Positions 39,404 through 51,575 of a stretch of 64,000 nt of DNA are shown here, one piece after another. Every line of letters begins with the position of its first letter. The first letter of the stretch is position 1. The stretch is from Sphyrna mokarran (Eukaryota): contig JAGIQG010000002.1 in the NCBI GenBank assembly GCA_024679065.1, positions 93,620,001 through 93,684,000 on the forward strand, read 5' to 3'. A program made the position numbers and the translations under genes. The notes beneath the pieces were generated by a model. The model did not search any database, was not told the origin of the DNA, and saw nothing but the letters and a program-made list of their open reading frames with translations.

Positions 39404-40124
39404 AAAATGCAAGTTTAGTTTCTGCAATCTGTGTTATTCAACCCTTTTAACTCAGTGTGATTTCAAAATCTTAATCTCTCCTTTTCATAGAAAACAGCAT
39501 AAATAATCTTAGAGATGCTGTAGACAAATGTTCACTTCACAAAACTATTTGACTTTGTCTTTTTTTTTCACAAGCAGCTTGAGATTGGGGTCATTCACCC
39601 ATCCTATGTCTCAGAGAGAAGAACCACTTGTTAAAGTGGTGAGATTGATAGGATTTGGCCCTCTCTGATGTCAGTCGCCAATGAGTTTAAATCAGATTGA
39701 CATCAGGAACAGTAGTCGGATAACATTTCTCCAATTTATTCAGATTACCTGGTTCTCTTGAATAGAGATGTTGCTGATAACTGAATGTTGACAGTGAATA
39801 GTCTTTCCAATTTACAGATTTGCTGATATTTTCCTTTTGTTTCAGAGCTCCAGTGATTTGCATAAGTAGTTTTGTGCCAGCATTTCTCTCCTCGGATAAC
39901 TAATTAACACCTCAAATTATCATGGTAATTAGCTTGACTTCATCAATGCTGACTTAATAGTAAATCAAGAGACTACTTTACCTTTACATAAGTATTGTAT
40001 ATCTTTTTAAACCCAGGCTATGCAGGTAGAGACCACAATATCACGAGCTGTTTTAAAAGATAAAAAACTGGCATCGTATCACTTTCAATGCAATGAGAAA
40101 AGGCAGCTTTGACCACATATGGAA

Positions 40125-40920
40125 AAAAATGGACTTGCACTAACATAGGATTTTTCATGACTTCAGAATGCCACAATGCAATTCACAGCCCAAGTAGTAC
40201 ATTTGAGTGTAATCACTGTCACACTGCAGAAAACATAGAATCATAGAATCCCTACAGTGCAGAAGGAGGTCATTCAGCCCATCAAGCCTGGACTGACAAC
40301 AATCCCACCCAGGCCCTATTGCCATATCCCCATGTATTTACCATACAAGACCTCTGACACCCGGGGCAATTTAGTGAGACCAATCCATCTAACCACCTTT
40401 GGACTGTGGAAGGAAACCAAAGCACCTAGAGGAAACCCACACAGACACAATCGGGGGTGGTGGGGGTTGCACGGTTGTGAGGGTGGTGGTTGAAAACGTA
40501 CAAACTCCACACAGAGAGTGACCCGCGGCTGGAATTGAAACCAGATGCCTCGTGTTATGAGGCAGCAGACCCTAACATGGTAGCCAATTTGTGCACAAAT
40601 CTTATAAACGGTAATGAAATACATGATCGGGTAATCTGTTTTATTGATGGTGGTCGAGAATATATGATGGTCAGTAAACTGGGAAGAATATTCTTGCTCC
40701 TCTTTGAAATCGTGCTGTAGGATCTTTGACATTCACTGGGGAGGACAGATTGATGCCTGGTTTAACATCACATTTGAATAGTAGCAGCTGTAATAGTGCA
40801 GCACTTCCTCAGTGTTGGTTTGAATTGCCAACTTGGATTGTGCGCTGTGTTCTGTCTGGGGGATAGTGTTGAACCAAAGACCTTCCTGCTCAGAGGCGCG
40901 AACACTACCACTGAGCCAAA
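40125..40920 (-). mobile_element. DeuSINE (SacSINE1-like), interrupted by a V-SINE at 40233-40574
   Basis: The minus strand has a tggctcagtggtag head, actgaggaagtgctgcact and the gtcaaagatcct Deu-domain. After the V-SINE the L2-type tail resumes at 40125-40232. Confidence 0.8.
40233..40574 (-). mobile_element. HE1-like V-SINE, tail type A, nested in a DeuSINE
   Basis: catagaatcatagaatccctacagtgcagaaggagg tail and V-domain, with an extra G-rich segment at about 40451-40492. Confidence 0.85.
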
Positions 40921-42162
40921 GTTGATTTTTTTCGGATAAATGTGCTTCATGTTTCAAAATGTCCACACAATTGTCCAAAGATCACTGGACAAAGTTTGTT
41001 TTGCAGTGACCAGCAGTCTTGAAACAAAGACACAATCAATCAGTTCATTACTTTACTGTCTTACTGTTCCTAGCTAGACATACTGACAATGCCTGTGCCG
41101 TAGAAGATTTAATAATTTCAAAACAAAATATGAAAACACATCCTGCAGAATTTGTTGTGTTGTGGGATTATTTATTTTACTGGACACACACTACAACTAG
41201 TTTCCAAATGATTCTGCTCATTAAAATGGTGATCTTCTGTTCAATCCTTTTCTGGCAGTGTTTCACCAGAAAATAAGGTTAGGTTTCCAGTACGGTGCTG
41301 TATGTTTTCTATGCGCAGGGAAAGGGGGAAACTGTATTACTCTGCCACTTACTGTCCGATTTATCATATAGCCATCACTATGAAGAGCATTGAAATGCTT
41401 GTACCTGCCCTGGGGTCAGATCATTCCAGGCTCTTCACAAGTTGTATTGCCAATGTTTGGTATAAAACACAGTAGTTGCTAGGAATGGAGCTGACGGTTC
41501 TTTGCGTGTGCTTTTTTTTTAACTATATCAAATAACCTGCTCACTGACTCGAGGGGTCACATCTGGCTGATTGAACAAATACAAGGCAGCTGGACTAACT
41601 TTTTGTCCTGTGATGAATGAATTTATGGAAATTGGAAGAATTGTCACTTCATGCGCAAATGTTCCTGAGAGAGAACAAATATTTGAAGTGTTTACCAGAT
41701 GGTTGTGCTGTGCTTTAGTGCTCCAGATGCAGTGCCACAGTGTGGTGGTTTGGTGATTTCAGTTCTCCACGTGGCAGAGTTCCACCTGGTGGTACAACCT
41801 GGTAGAGAGCTTGTGTGGCGGCCAAGTGTTTATCCTGAAAGGCAACAAGATCAGTGAGTACTCTATTCCCCATAGTCCTTACATGGAATACTTTTAGCTG
41901 TCAGGCAGGGTGAAACATGTTCTTTTCATTAATTACATTGTAAATCGACACAGAGAACAAATAGCAGAGATCTTCCTCTTATGGCTAAATTAGGAACAGT
42001 ATGTTTATGGACTTCGAAATATTAATGCTCTGCCAGATCTGATCATCCAGAAATTCCAAAATTTGTGGAAGCATGCTTTATTCTACATGAAAGGAAGATT
42101 GTTGCCTTGGTTTTCAAGAGTTGAATACCATATTGGCATATAGGGACCATCCTAGTGACCAC

Positions 42163-42445
42163 CATCCTAGTGGCTAGCACAGCAGCAGGCACCGGAATTT
42201 GATTCCTGACTTGGGTCAATGTCTGCACAGAGCGTGCATGTTCTCCCCACGTCTGAGTTTCCTCCAGCTACTTTGGTTTTCTCCCACAGTCCAAAAGACA
42301 TGCTAGTTAGGTGCATTGGCCATGCTAAATTCTCCCTCAGTGTGCCCAAACAGATGTCAGAATGTGGCAACTAGGAGATTTTCACAGTAACTTCATTGAA
42401 GTATTAATGTAAGTCTATTTGTGGCACCAATAAATAAAAAAGAAA
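42163..42445 (+). mobile_element. HE1-like V-SINE, tail type B
   Basis: V-domain, then tail gattttcacagtaacttcattgaagtattaatgtaagtctatttgtggcaccaataaataaa. Confidence 0.85.
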
Positions 42446-42784
42446 CACATTGGACAAATAATTACTTTGTCACAAAGTTCTATGATTTTCTTGGTGTGTT
42501 TTATTTGAAGACATGAGGAACATTCATGAGCTTGCAATAAAATTGCAAGAAATACTGTGTGGGTGATGATTTCTTGCCCAGTTTCTCAGTCAGGAAATGG
42601 GTATGGAAGAATTTGGACCAAAGCGTTTGAGAAAAATGTACCTCACCCAAAGATATACAATTACATGAGTTTGTCAGGACTGGGAGTGAGAAAGGGCTCT
42701 TACTAGTTAGGTATTCCAATTTTCTTAAAATACAGACATTGATTAACCCAGCCACTGTTAATGGCAGGAAAATAGAGCACATGA

Positions 42785-43795
42785 TGGAAATCTGAAATAA
42801 AAAAAGCAAGTTGCTGGAAATGTTCATCAAGCTTGGCAGCATCTGTGGAGAGAGAAGCAGAGGCTCAGGTTTTTTGCTCCTGGGTCAAGTGCACAGAGAT
42901 GGGAGAAAATTCCTGACTTTGTGAATCCGACCTCTAAAAATAGTCATCCACAGGTCAGATTTTCATTCTGATGGGCTGGACTGGATTAGAAGTTGGGTTC
43001 ACTGACCCCAAGATGAATGCAAAGGCTGCTGGATGTAGAAGCAAGCTGGGCAGAAGGCCTGTCTCTGTGCTCTGGCACTGTGTTTAAATAAATTTTAAAA
43101 ATGAATAAAACAAAAACATCACTCTCACCCCTGACCCCGCCTCACACTCCCTATGCCCATTCATGCCAATTTATGCAATCTCATGCTGCCCACCTATATG
43201 GCCCCTCCTTGGCCCATGCAAACCCACGCTCCTCTCTGCACCCCCACGTTCCCTCATAGTCCCATATGCCATCCATGCCCTATGGCTCTTTATAGTCTCT
43301 ATGCCAATTTATTGCCCCCATCTTTTGCTCTTATACTCTCTATGTCAATTCACCTAGTATCCTTTGACAGTTCCTTGACAGCTTGATCATTTCACTAAGT
43401 TTATGCACAAAATGTACATAATCAAGTTAACTTTTAAGAATTTTAAAGAGTGCCTTACTACTCCCAAAGGGTGCTCTGCCTCTTTTAAATGTGTCCTGGG
43501 ACCCTATCCAAAGGGGGACCATGCGCCTCCAAAGGGAGTACTCTGGCTATCCAAACAAATCCATAGCTTTAGACCTTCTCTTACCTGGTCTAACTGCACA
43601 TTCAGATCTCACATGCCTGGCCTACTAAAATCCCACTTCATTGGAGCTTCCCCATTGTGACAAAAACCTGGACCAGAATTAACATCTCGAGACAATTGTG
43701 ACTCTTCAGAATAACTGACTCAAAACGTTAACTCCTTGTATCTGTAGATGCTGCCAGACATGCTGAATATTTCCAGCACTTTCTGTTTTTATTGC
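42785..43795. mobile_element. Inverted pair of Penelope-type terminal segments, split by the 42862-43674 insertion
   Basis: The left arm gctggaaatgttcatcaagcttggcagcatctgtggagagagaagcaga resumes at 43675 (attaacatctcgag...gactcttcaga). The right arm is gactcaaaacgttaact...gatgctgccagacatgctgaatatttccagca. Confidence 0.65.
42862..43674 (+). mobile_element. Non-autonomous PIF/Harbinger-like DNA transposon with TIRs and 3-bp TSD
   Basis: Left TIR ggctcaggttttttgc, right TIR gacaaaaacctggacc. AGA is duplicated at 42859-42861 and 43675-43677. Confidence 0.75.
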
Positions 43796-44964
43796 ACTGT
43801 TAGTAACATTCCGTGCAAGCTCAGGAATGGTATCTGTTTTGTTTGCTTTGTAAGAAAACACAAGCATGTTATTCAGAACAGTAAACAGTACTGCAGCGCA
43901 GAAAGCTCAATGTTAATAATTAAGGACCACCAACAAGCACTGTTTAAAAGCAGCCAGCATGTTTTATTTTGCTGCAAAACTCCTTCAAAGCCCAGATCTC
44001 AGGCCAACCTTGAACAGTTCATGATACCATCAAGTATGTTGCTAGAAAATATTAGAGGCCTGAGTCACGCTTTAATGGTGAACTCTCGATGCACTATTTA
44101 TAATTAGTGCAATGGATGCAATGAAAATCTGCTTACCTTTATAAGTTAGGTCGCTTTTGTCAGATGCTTTAGGATCCTATTCTCCATCCATAGGAACATG
44201 ATAGATGTCAGGGAGTGGTGTGGAAGGGGTATGTTTACAGTCAATATAGAGTCACATGCTACCCTCTGGAGCCCAATAATCACTCTGGCAATCTGCCTTC
44301 CTTGCAGAATAACAGTGAACACAGAGAGTATAAACTCTTCTGCCCCCCTCTCTACCCTCCTCAAGTTTGCTGGCCAGATGCTTTTTACTTCATATCCTCC
44401 CTAAATGTTTAAAAACACCATGGTGGAAGATTCTACCCCCATACCCCAAAACCACAGTAACCTTCCACTGCCCACAACACAACAAAGGCCCGATTGTAAA
44501 GTAATGATTTTTGGATATTTTTTATTCATATCATGTGAAACAGAGACACTGAAGAAAACAGAGTATGAATAAATATGAAGCAATGTTAATTAGATTCTAT
44601 TTTGGGCTGTAAGGGCTTTAAAAATATGGATTCACAAAGATTGTTTGAATGGGTTGCTGCTATAATATTGGAGGTTAGGAAAAGTGCCCCACTACAATTA
44701 GTTGATTACCTTCTGAGACAAACCTAATATGATCCTTTTCTCAGCATGGCTGACACTGCTGGTTTGTCCAATGTGCATTCAGTTAGTCAGGTGACTCTAA
44801 CTTTGTTGTCTACTCATGTTGTTCCTAGTTGGAACAAGGGCATTTTAAGGGATTGACTCTGTGACATTCTGATGATGCAATCACCTGTTTACATGGGAAA
44901 ATTGGCAATCTATCCTTACAGCCTGTGGAGTGAACACCTTTTCAATAAAGCTTATGTTTATTTG

Positions 44965-45080
44965 TACCTAACCCGCACATCATTGAAACTGGAGCATCCA
45001 AAAGAAACCCACGCAGACATGGGGAGAACATGCAAACTCCACACAGACAGTAACCCAAGGCCAGAATTGAACCAGGTTCA
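44965..45080 (-). mobile_element. V-SINE fragment
   Basis: gaaacccacgcagacatggggagaacatgcaaactccacacagacagt (V-domain). Confidence 0.8.
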
Positions 45081-45159
45081 AAAATTGCAGTGTATATTAT
45101 TGTCCAAACCTCCATGAGTACACTGGAGGCAAAAACATTCAACCTGTTGAGATAGTCTA

Positions 45160-45403
45160 GTATAGAACAAAGAACAAAAACAGCACGGGAAACAGGCCCA
45201 TCGGCCCAACGAGCCCATGCCACCACCCCGATGTTCCCACCTCTACCTGCGATCCCTGTCCATGTTTATAGATCTATGGATTAAAAACCAATTTGAGACA
45301 ATTTAGGGAGAATTTGTTTTGCCAGTTAGCCTAAGAGCACATCTTTGGGACATGGGAGGAAACCGGAGGTCCCGGAGAAAACCCACGCAAGTACAGGGAG
45401 AAT
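45160..45403 (-). mobile_element. V-SINE tail type C, 5'-truncated
   Basis: Reverse complement of 54600-54845 (agaacaaagaacaaaaacagcacgggaaacaggccc...ccccgatgttc...aatttagggagaatttg). Confidence 0.85.
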
Positions 45404-45419
45404 AGTGGGAATATTGCAC

Positions 45420-46970
45420 GGTCACTTCTCATGTAAAACTTCAGTCATTACCAAGAGATTCAGGTTCCATGAACCAACAAGAAGGTGAATCCATTCATCT
45501 GAAGACTCGAACCATTCAAATAAGTTGGTGTCTCCTCTGAAGAATAAGCGCCATCATTCCACTATTATTATGAAACATGTACTAAACCAACTTCACAAAG
45601 TCCACTGTGGTGTAGTTAGGAAGAAGGAAATAGCTAGAAGTAGGCCAGGATGTGATTCCGAAATCAGGAAGAAAGCGATAACGTGTTGATCTTGTGCAAA
45701 AGTTCAGAACCTGCTGCCACTATTGCCATTATATTTCTGGGAATGGCCAGAAGGGCCATGGCAGAGTTCATATAGATTATGCCACACCATTTGAAGGATG
45801 TACGTTTTTCATTGTGGTCACGTGCACTTGAAATGGCCTAGAATTGTCATTACGAGGAAGATGCACAAATGAAGAAAGAAACTCTGGGAATCATTTTCAG
45901 AACCAAACATTTCCATCACTACCTGTATGGGAGGAAGTTTTACTTTGTTAATGGATTATTGACTAGTGACAATGAAATGTGGGCTTCATACCAGGATTCC
46001 ATCTCTTGTCTTCAGAGAGAACAACAGAAAAACTGGATGAAGTTTTTGGAAGATTCGATTATCCCAAACAACTTGAGTGGCATTGGCCACAGTTCATTAC
46101 ACAAACTATTTAAAGCTGTTTAAAGGAAAATGAGATTCAACACATTTGATCTACTTCTTAGCATTCTGCCACAAATGGGCTTGCAGAACAGTTTGTTCAG
46201 ACAATGAAATATTCGTTGATGGTAGCCCAAGAGTAAGGTTCATTGTCTGAATGATTGGGCCAATTCACAATGATGTACAGAAATACTATACATTCAACAA
46301 GCCAAGTTTCTTCAAGATTGCTCATGGTAAAACACCAATTCCACATAATGTTTTATCTGCTGAAGCTGTCCAAGACAAAAGAAACTTGAGAAAAAACAAA
46401 GTCGGGTTATACAACATGAGAACACAGTTTAAAACTGTTTTTCATAAAGGTTAAGAAGTATTAGCAAGGAATTACGCTGCCACTGAGAAATGGATTGTAT
46501 TAGTCAGGACCAGTCTCCTATACTGTACAAACTCGATTCAATGTAGTATGGAGAAATCATGCAGGTCAACTTTTTGAAACAGGAACCAGTTTGCCAGAGA
46601 CAGATTCAACCGAGAGTCCAAAACAAGCTGTGCTAAGCGAAGTCCTGAATATTCCTGAGAACTGACAATACCCAAAACAATTCAGGGAGACAGAAGTTTA
46701 GTTACGGACACTTCAACACCAGGTCAATTTCTGAACATCACATCAACTCTGATGAAGATAAACTAAACCAAAAACATAAAAGGTTGCAGTCAACATGAAA
46801 ATGCGAATGCCCAAAATTCATCAACAATTACACAGTCTTCCAAAATGTCTAATCTATTGATGTGTTTATTAATTATTCCTATTAAGAATTTTGATTTGTT
46901 ACCATTATTCTGTATTTTGTTGCAGGAACCGCTGATGTAAAGCGGGAGGGAAGTGCTGTGTATTCAGGGA
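45420..46970 (+). mobile_element. Gypsy LTR retrotransposon internal remnant (gag, integrase, RNase H, PPT)
   Basis: Motifs RFRFH..QQEGESI (gag), LNQLHKVHCGVVRKKEIARS (integrase zinc finger), WEWPEGPWQ.VHIDYA, KETLGIIF..KHFHHYLYGRKF (RNase H) and HSATNGLAEQFVQTMK (integrase core). PPT aaagcgggagggaag at 46939-46953 is followed by TG. Confidence 0.85.
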
Positions 46971-47099
46971 CAATCTCATAGAATCTCAATGGTGCAAAAA
47001 AGATGCCATTCATTTCATTGCTTCATCAGCTTTCAGACCAACTCAATCAGGCTCCCCTGTCTGTCCTATCCCCATAACTCTGTGCATTTACCATGGCTA

Positions 47100-47325
47100 A
47101 TGGAGGGGGTGGAGGGATGGGGTGGGGGTGGTGTTGCTGAGTATGAAGGTAGGCAGTGTAGAGTTAGGGGAGGAGAGGCAGCGTGAATTTGAGAGAGGGC
47201 AGGGCAGTGTGGAGCTGGGGGAGAGGCGGCAATGTGTAGTGAGGGAGTTGAGGCAATGTGGAGTTGAGGGAGTTGAGGCAATGTGGAGTTGAGGGATCTA
47301 AGGTAGTGCGTTGAGTTAGAAGTCG
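47100..47325. repeat. Purine/G-rich low-complexity tract with a tandem unit of about 24 bp (gcaatgtggagttgagggagttgag)
   Basis: The unit repeats about three times at 47229-47296. Confidence 0.7.
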
Positions 47326-47833
47326 CAGAGGACTTTGCAAGAGCTTGCAACGGGGATAGTCAATGAGATGAATGGGAATGGAGCAGGTTCTGTTGAGATG
47401 ATGAGCTGCAGTTCACAGCATTAATTTGCTGGACCAGACGGAAACACCTCTGTTGCCTCTGACCACAGGCAGTGCTTTACTTTTATCGATCTCACCCTTG
47501 CAACTTCATTTTACCTTCCAGCTCTCTGGAGACCTGGGAAATCCTGTTAATGTGAATTAAAAATAGAAATCTTGTGAAAAAAGACACACGCAGCCAGCAG
47601 GAAAGGTTTTGATGACTGAAGACTGGTAACTGCTCAACTTTAGAGCTCTGAAATGTATAACCGTAACTTACTGAGGAGCAATGCTAAATCCTACTTCACT
47701 CTGACTGTTAGTTACTTAATTTGTAAGCTGTTTAATCTGTCACATTCATCCTCAGGATGATAATAATTATTGCTGCATTTGACAGGATAACTTTTTAATT
47801 TTGCCAAGACGTATAATTTTACATTAAATATAT

Positions 47834-47962
47834 TGGGCATGATCTTACCTACCATTTGCACCATATTCCCGCTCCAGTGAGGTTGGAGAATTTGACAGCC
47901 AAATCTCTATTCACTGTGGTGAGATGGGAAATCCCACTAGTATGAACAAGGATAAGATTCCA
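47834..47962. mobile_element. Short TIR MITE
   Basis: gggcatgatctta ... taagattcca. The body cagccaaatctctattcactg..gatgggaaatcccact is shared with 34784-34920. Confidence 0.6.
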
Positions 47963-48104
47963 AATGTGATTTTTGGTTTTAACCCTCTCATTTTGAATTT
48001 TTATCTTAAACGACGCAAATTATGAAAATGGTCAGATATCTTCAATATCGATGTAATTTTAACTAATTCATATTAAAAATTTATATTGCAACCTATATGT
48101 TGGA

Positions 48105-48165
48105 ATATAGTGGTTAGCACTGCTACCTCACAGCACCATGGACCCACATTCAATTCCTGGCATTG
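48105..48165 (+). mobile_element. V-SINE tRNA-like head fragment
   Basis: agtggttagcactgctacctcacagcaccatggacccacattcaattcctgg. Confidence 0.7.
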
Positions 48166-49961
48166 CTGCCTCACTGATTTCCAGTTTGGGGCTGATTACA
48201 TCTACAAACATTGACTGGGAGTCTCACGATTGGTTGAACACCAGTTGCGGGTCCCACTACAAGCCCCCAGCTGATGTCTCCTGACCTTCTGAGCTGCTCA
48301 AGGAACACAGTGGACTGAGAGAATCCCAACTTTATGATTTCCAAGTTTAACCATGATTGTGCAATCTCTAGGAGCTGCCTGCCAATTCACACTATATTAC
48401 TTTCATTCAAAATCTGAGCCACATTTTCTTTGTGCAGTATGTGCCTTCATTAATATACACATATTTCCCCTCTTACACCATTTAATGGTAATCCCATGCC
48501 ATGCATGGTCCATGGCTGAGAGCTTGTAAAGGCAAATTGCTTCCAATGGTGCTTGTGTCAGAATGAATAATGGTTGCTACCCAAGTGGTCTGAGATGAAT
48601 CCCGGTCTTCTTCCAGTCCCAATAGGACAGCACCAAGACCAGGTATGCCTGGCTTCACTCTGTGATACAACATATTGGCACCCCAAATCAAATATAAGAA
48701 AATAGGAGCCTGCCAAAAAAATATAAATATGCATAAGTTAGAATATTTTTGAGACTTGATACCATTTGTTCACCAAGTAGGCAAATGATAAAAGTTAGGT
48801 GATTTGAGCATTTATTGGATGTAGTGAGAGAATTCGGGTCTTGACAGAATGCATGAATTGGACTGGATAGGAGACTTTGAAGTGTGAAGCTTCAGAATGG
48901 AGTATTGAGAGATGATCTGGCATTTTTCTTGACCACATTCATGTAGGACATCATTGCCCACTCTTAGTGAAACTGCTTGGTTTATGCATTTTCCTTGGTT
49001 GAAAAGAAATAACTGGAAGCTTGCTTCAGGGACTATATAAAAAATGCCTGTTGGGAGTTGCATAATAATTAAATGTGTCTGAATTGCTCTCTTTCGTAAA
49101 GGCTTGACCTCCTTGAAGCTAATCTACAGATCTGTAAGTTGAATGTGTGTGGGTGCAGAGGAGAATGTGCTTTTTCTCCATGCTTGTACAATGCAGTGGT
49201 GACAACCCAACTACTGTAAAGGCCAGATCTGAAAACAGAAAGCTGTTGTAACATACTGAGAGCAAACCCACTTTGTTGATGGTATGTGATTTTTCAGTAC
49301 TACATGCATAGATGTTGAAAATGCTAATGTGACATCCAAATACTCCTCCATGCTGGCTTTTGTGCATTTTGATTCTACCTGGCACCATGAAATAATATTA
49401 CTACTGAGCTTAGCCAGCTTCACACATTTACAAGGCCAATGCAGGAGTTCGAAGTACCAGTCAGAGATCTAGGAAAAATGTTGCTGCTGGCTAAATCGAG
49501 GCTATTAAGATTACATTTACTAGTGCCCTAAACTACAAACCTCTGTTTCAAGAATTGATGACACTGCTTTCATGTGAAAGAAATCAGCCTGGTAATTATT
49601 GTGATCTGCTTGAGAGCCAAATAAGTAATGTCAGCGGATGAGTATTTAACACGTCTGCTGTTTTAATGCAGGTAGCTCTGTACTTTCATGTTTAAACGTC
49701 CTTAATAAAATATTTTTCGGTTCCAGTGTCATCAGGTAAAGTCCAGTCTTCTAAAAATCAATCACTGTAATAACTACTGCTACAATTACTCTAGTGCCAA
49801 CTCGTTTCTTTGTTTCATTTTCACTGACTGAGCTCATGTTGGAAACGGAATTGGACAATAAACTGACATTAATTAATTGGAGCAGAAATTAACATGCTGC
49901 AACAGAAAATTTTGAAGGACTGCATTTGCAATGTTGAGCACTATCAGCAAGTCTCCTGTTC

Positions 49962-50358
49962 AGTTTTGGCTTAGTGGTGGCACTGCTATTTCTGAATCTA
50001 AAATAGTGGGTTATAACCCAACCATGGGCTTGAGCACTAACTTGACATTTTCAATGCTGCACTGAGGGAATGCTGCACTGCCCAAGATGCCCTCTTTCAC
50101 ATTCAACAGTGAATCATAGCCTTGTCTGCTGATTCGGATAGACGTAAAAGATCCTGTGAGAGTAATTAAAGAAGAGCAGTTATCATTTATCCCTCAATCA
50201 ACATTAACAAAGCAGGGTAACTGGTCACAAATGTTTTTAGTATCTTGCTGTATGCAAATTGGTACAAGCACCAATGACTACACGTCAAATATGGTTGTGA
50301 AGTATATTGAGGCATTTTGAGAATGTGAATGGAACTATATGAAGACAAGTTTATTTTT
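49962..50358 (+). mobile_element. DeuSINE (SacSINE1-like), full length and degenerate
   Basis: tRNA-like head tggcttagtggtggcact, Deu-domain actgagggaatgctgcactg...gacgtaaaagatcc...gaagagcag...tttatccctcaatcaacat, and an L2-like tail. Confidence 0.8.
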
Positions 50359-50559
50359 CCCCGTGTGCACCAGCTTAAAATACCTGCCACTATTTGCCAA
50401 TCGTCTGAATACTACATTTTTAATAACAAGCTCTCATCCACACTTTAAACAGCGGAGTAGTACTTGAAGTTCACCTCATGGTTTTTAATATAGTTTATAT
50501 TAGGGTGAGTAATTCCATGACAAATCTACTTGTATTTTCTTTGATGTCACAAGTATGAT

Positions 50560-51575
50560 GGATAAAAGAGGATCTATGGAGGATGATCGAATGGAGTTGA
50601 TAAGAACAACATGGAGAGAAAATATAAAATAAAGGGTAAGACACTAAAAGGGATTGGTGCAGGAGCAGAGGAACCTTTGTGTATTTGTGCATAAGTCATT
50701 GGAGTTGTAGGACAGGTTGAGAGACCAGTTAACCTAGAATACCACATCCTGGGCTTTGTTAAAAGGTGCATTGGCTACAAGAGCAAAGAAGTTCTGTTGA
50801 ATTTATATTAATCTGTAGTTTGGCCTCAGCTGGATTATTGTGTCCTTTTCTCATTGCTGCACCTTTGGAAGGATGTGAAATTATTAGAGAGAATGCTGAA
50901 AAGATTCAAGAGAATGGGTTTAGTAATGAGAAACCTCAGTTATGAAGATCGATTGAAGAAGTTAGGACTGTTTTCTTTGAATTGAAGGTTGACAGGAAAT
51001 TTAATAGAGATGTTCAAAGTTGTGAGAGGTCTAGACAAAGTAGAGAGAGAGAAACTGTTTCCAGTCATGAAAGGATTGAGAATGAGGGGGAGCACTAAAT
51101 GAAGCAAAAGCAAAAATGAAGCAAATGAAGTGAGGAGAAACATTTTTACACAGTGGCTGGTTAGAGTTTGGAATGTGCTGCCTGGGAGTGTGATGGAGGC
51201 AGGTTCAACAGAATCATTCAAAATGGAATGGACTGTTATCTGAAAAGGAAGATTGAAGTATACAACATTATGAGGGGCACGGATAGAAAGGATAAGGAAT
51301 AGCTGTTCACCTTGGTTGAAGGCCCAGTCACAAGGGGAATGTGAGGAAAACCTTTTTTACCCAGAGGTAATGGCAATCTGGCTTGCAGAGGTGGGTTGCC
51401 TCCGCCAATCCTTTGAAAAGTATCAGGATGAACACTTGCTACATCACAATATTTCAAGTCTATGAGAAAGAGCTGGCAAATGGGATTAGCTGAGAGTTCA
51501 GGTGTTTCTAATGTGTTGATGCGGACTCGATGGACAGGGAGGTCTCTTCTGCGTCGTATGGTTCTATGATTTTGT
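50560..51575 (+). mobile_element. Two tandem CR1 LINE 3' fragments
   Basis: V.PQLDYCV.F (cctcagctggattattgtgtc), LSYEDRLKKLGLFSL and FFTQ..VRVWNVLP motifs. A second fragment starts at about 51255 and ends ggttctatgattttgtga. Confidence 0.85.

Noticed and set aside
47229-47296. CRISPR-like or coding repeat
   Set aside because: It is a eukaryotic minisatellite with no unique spacers.
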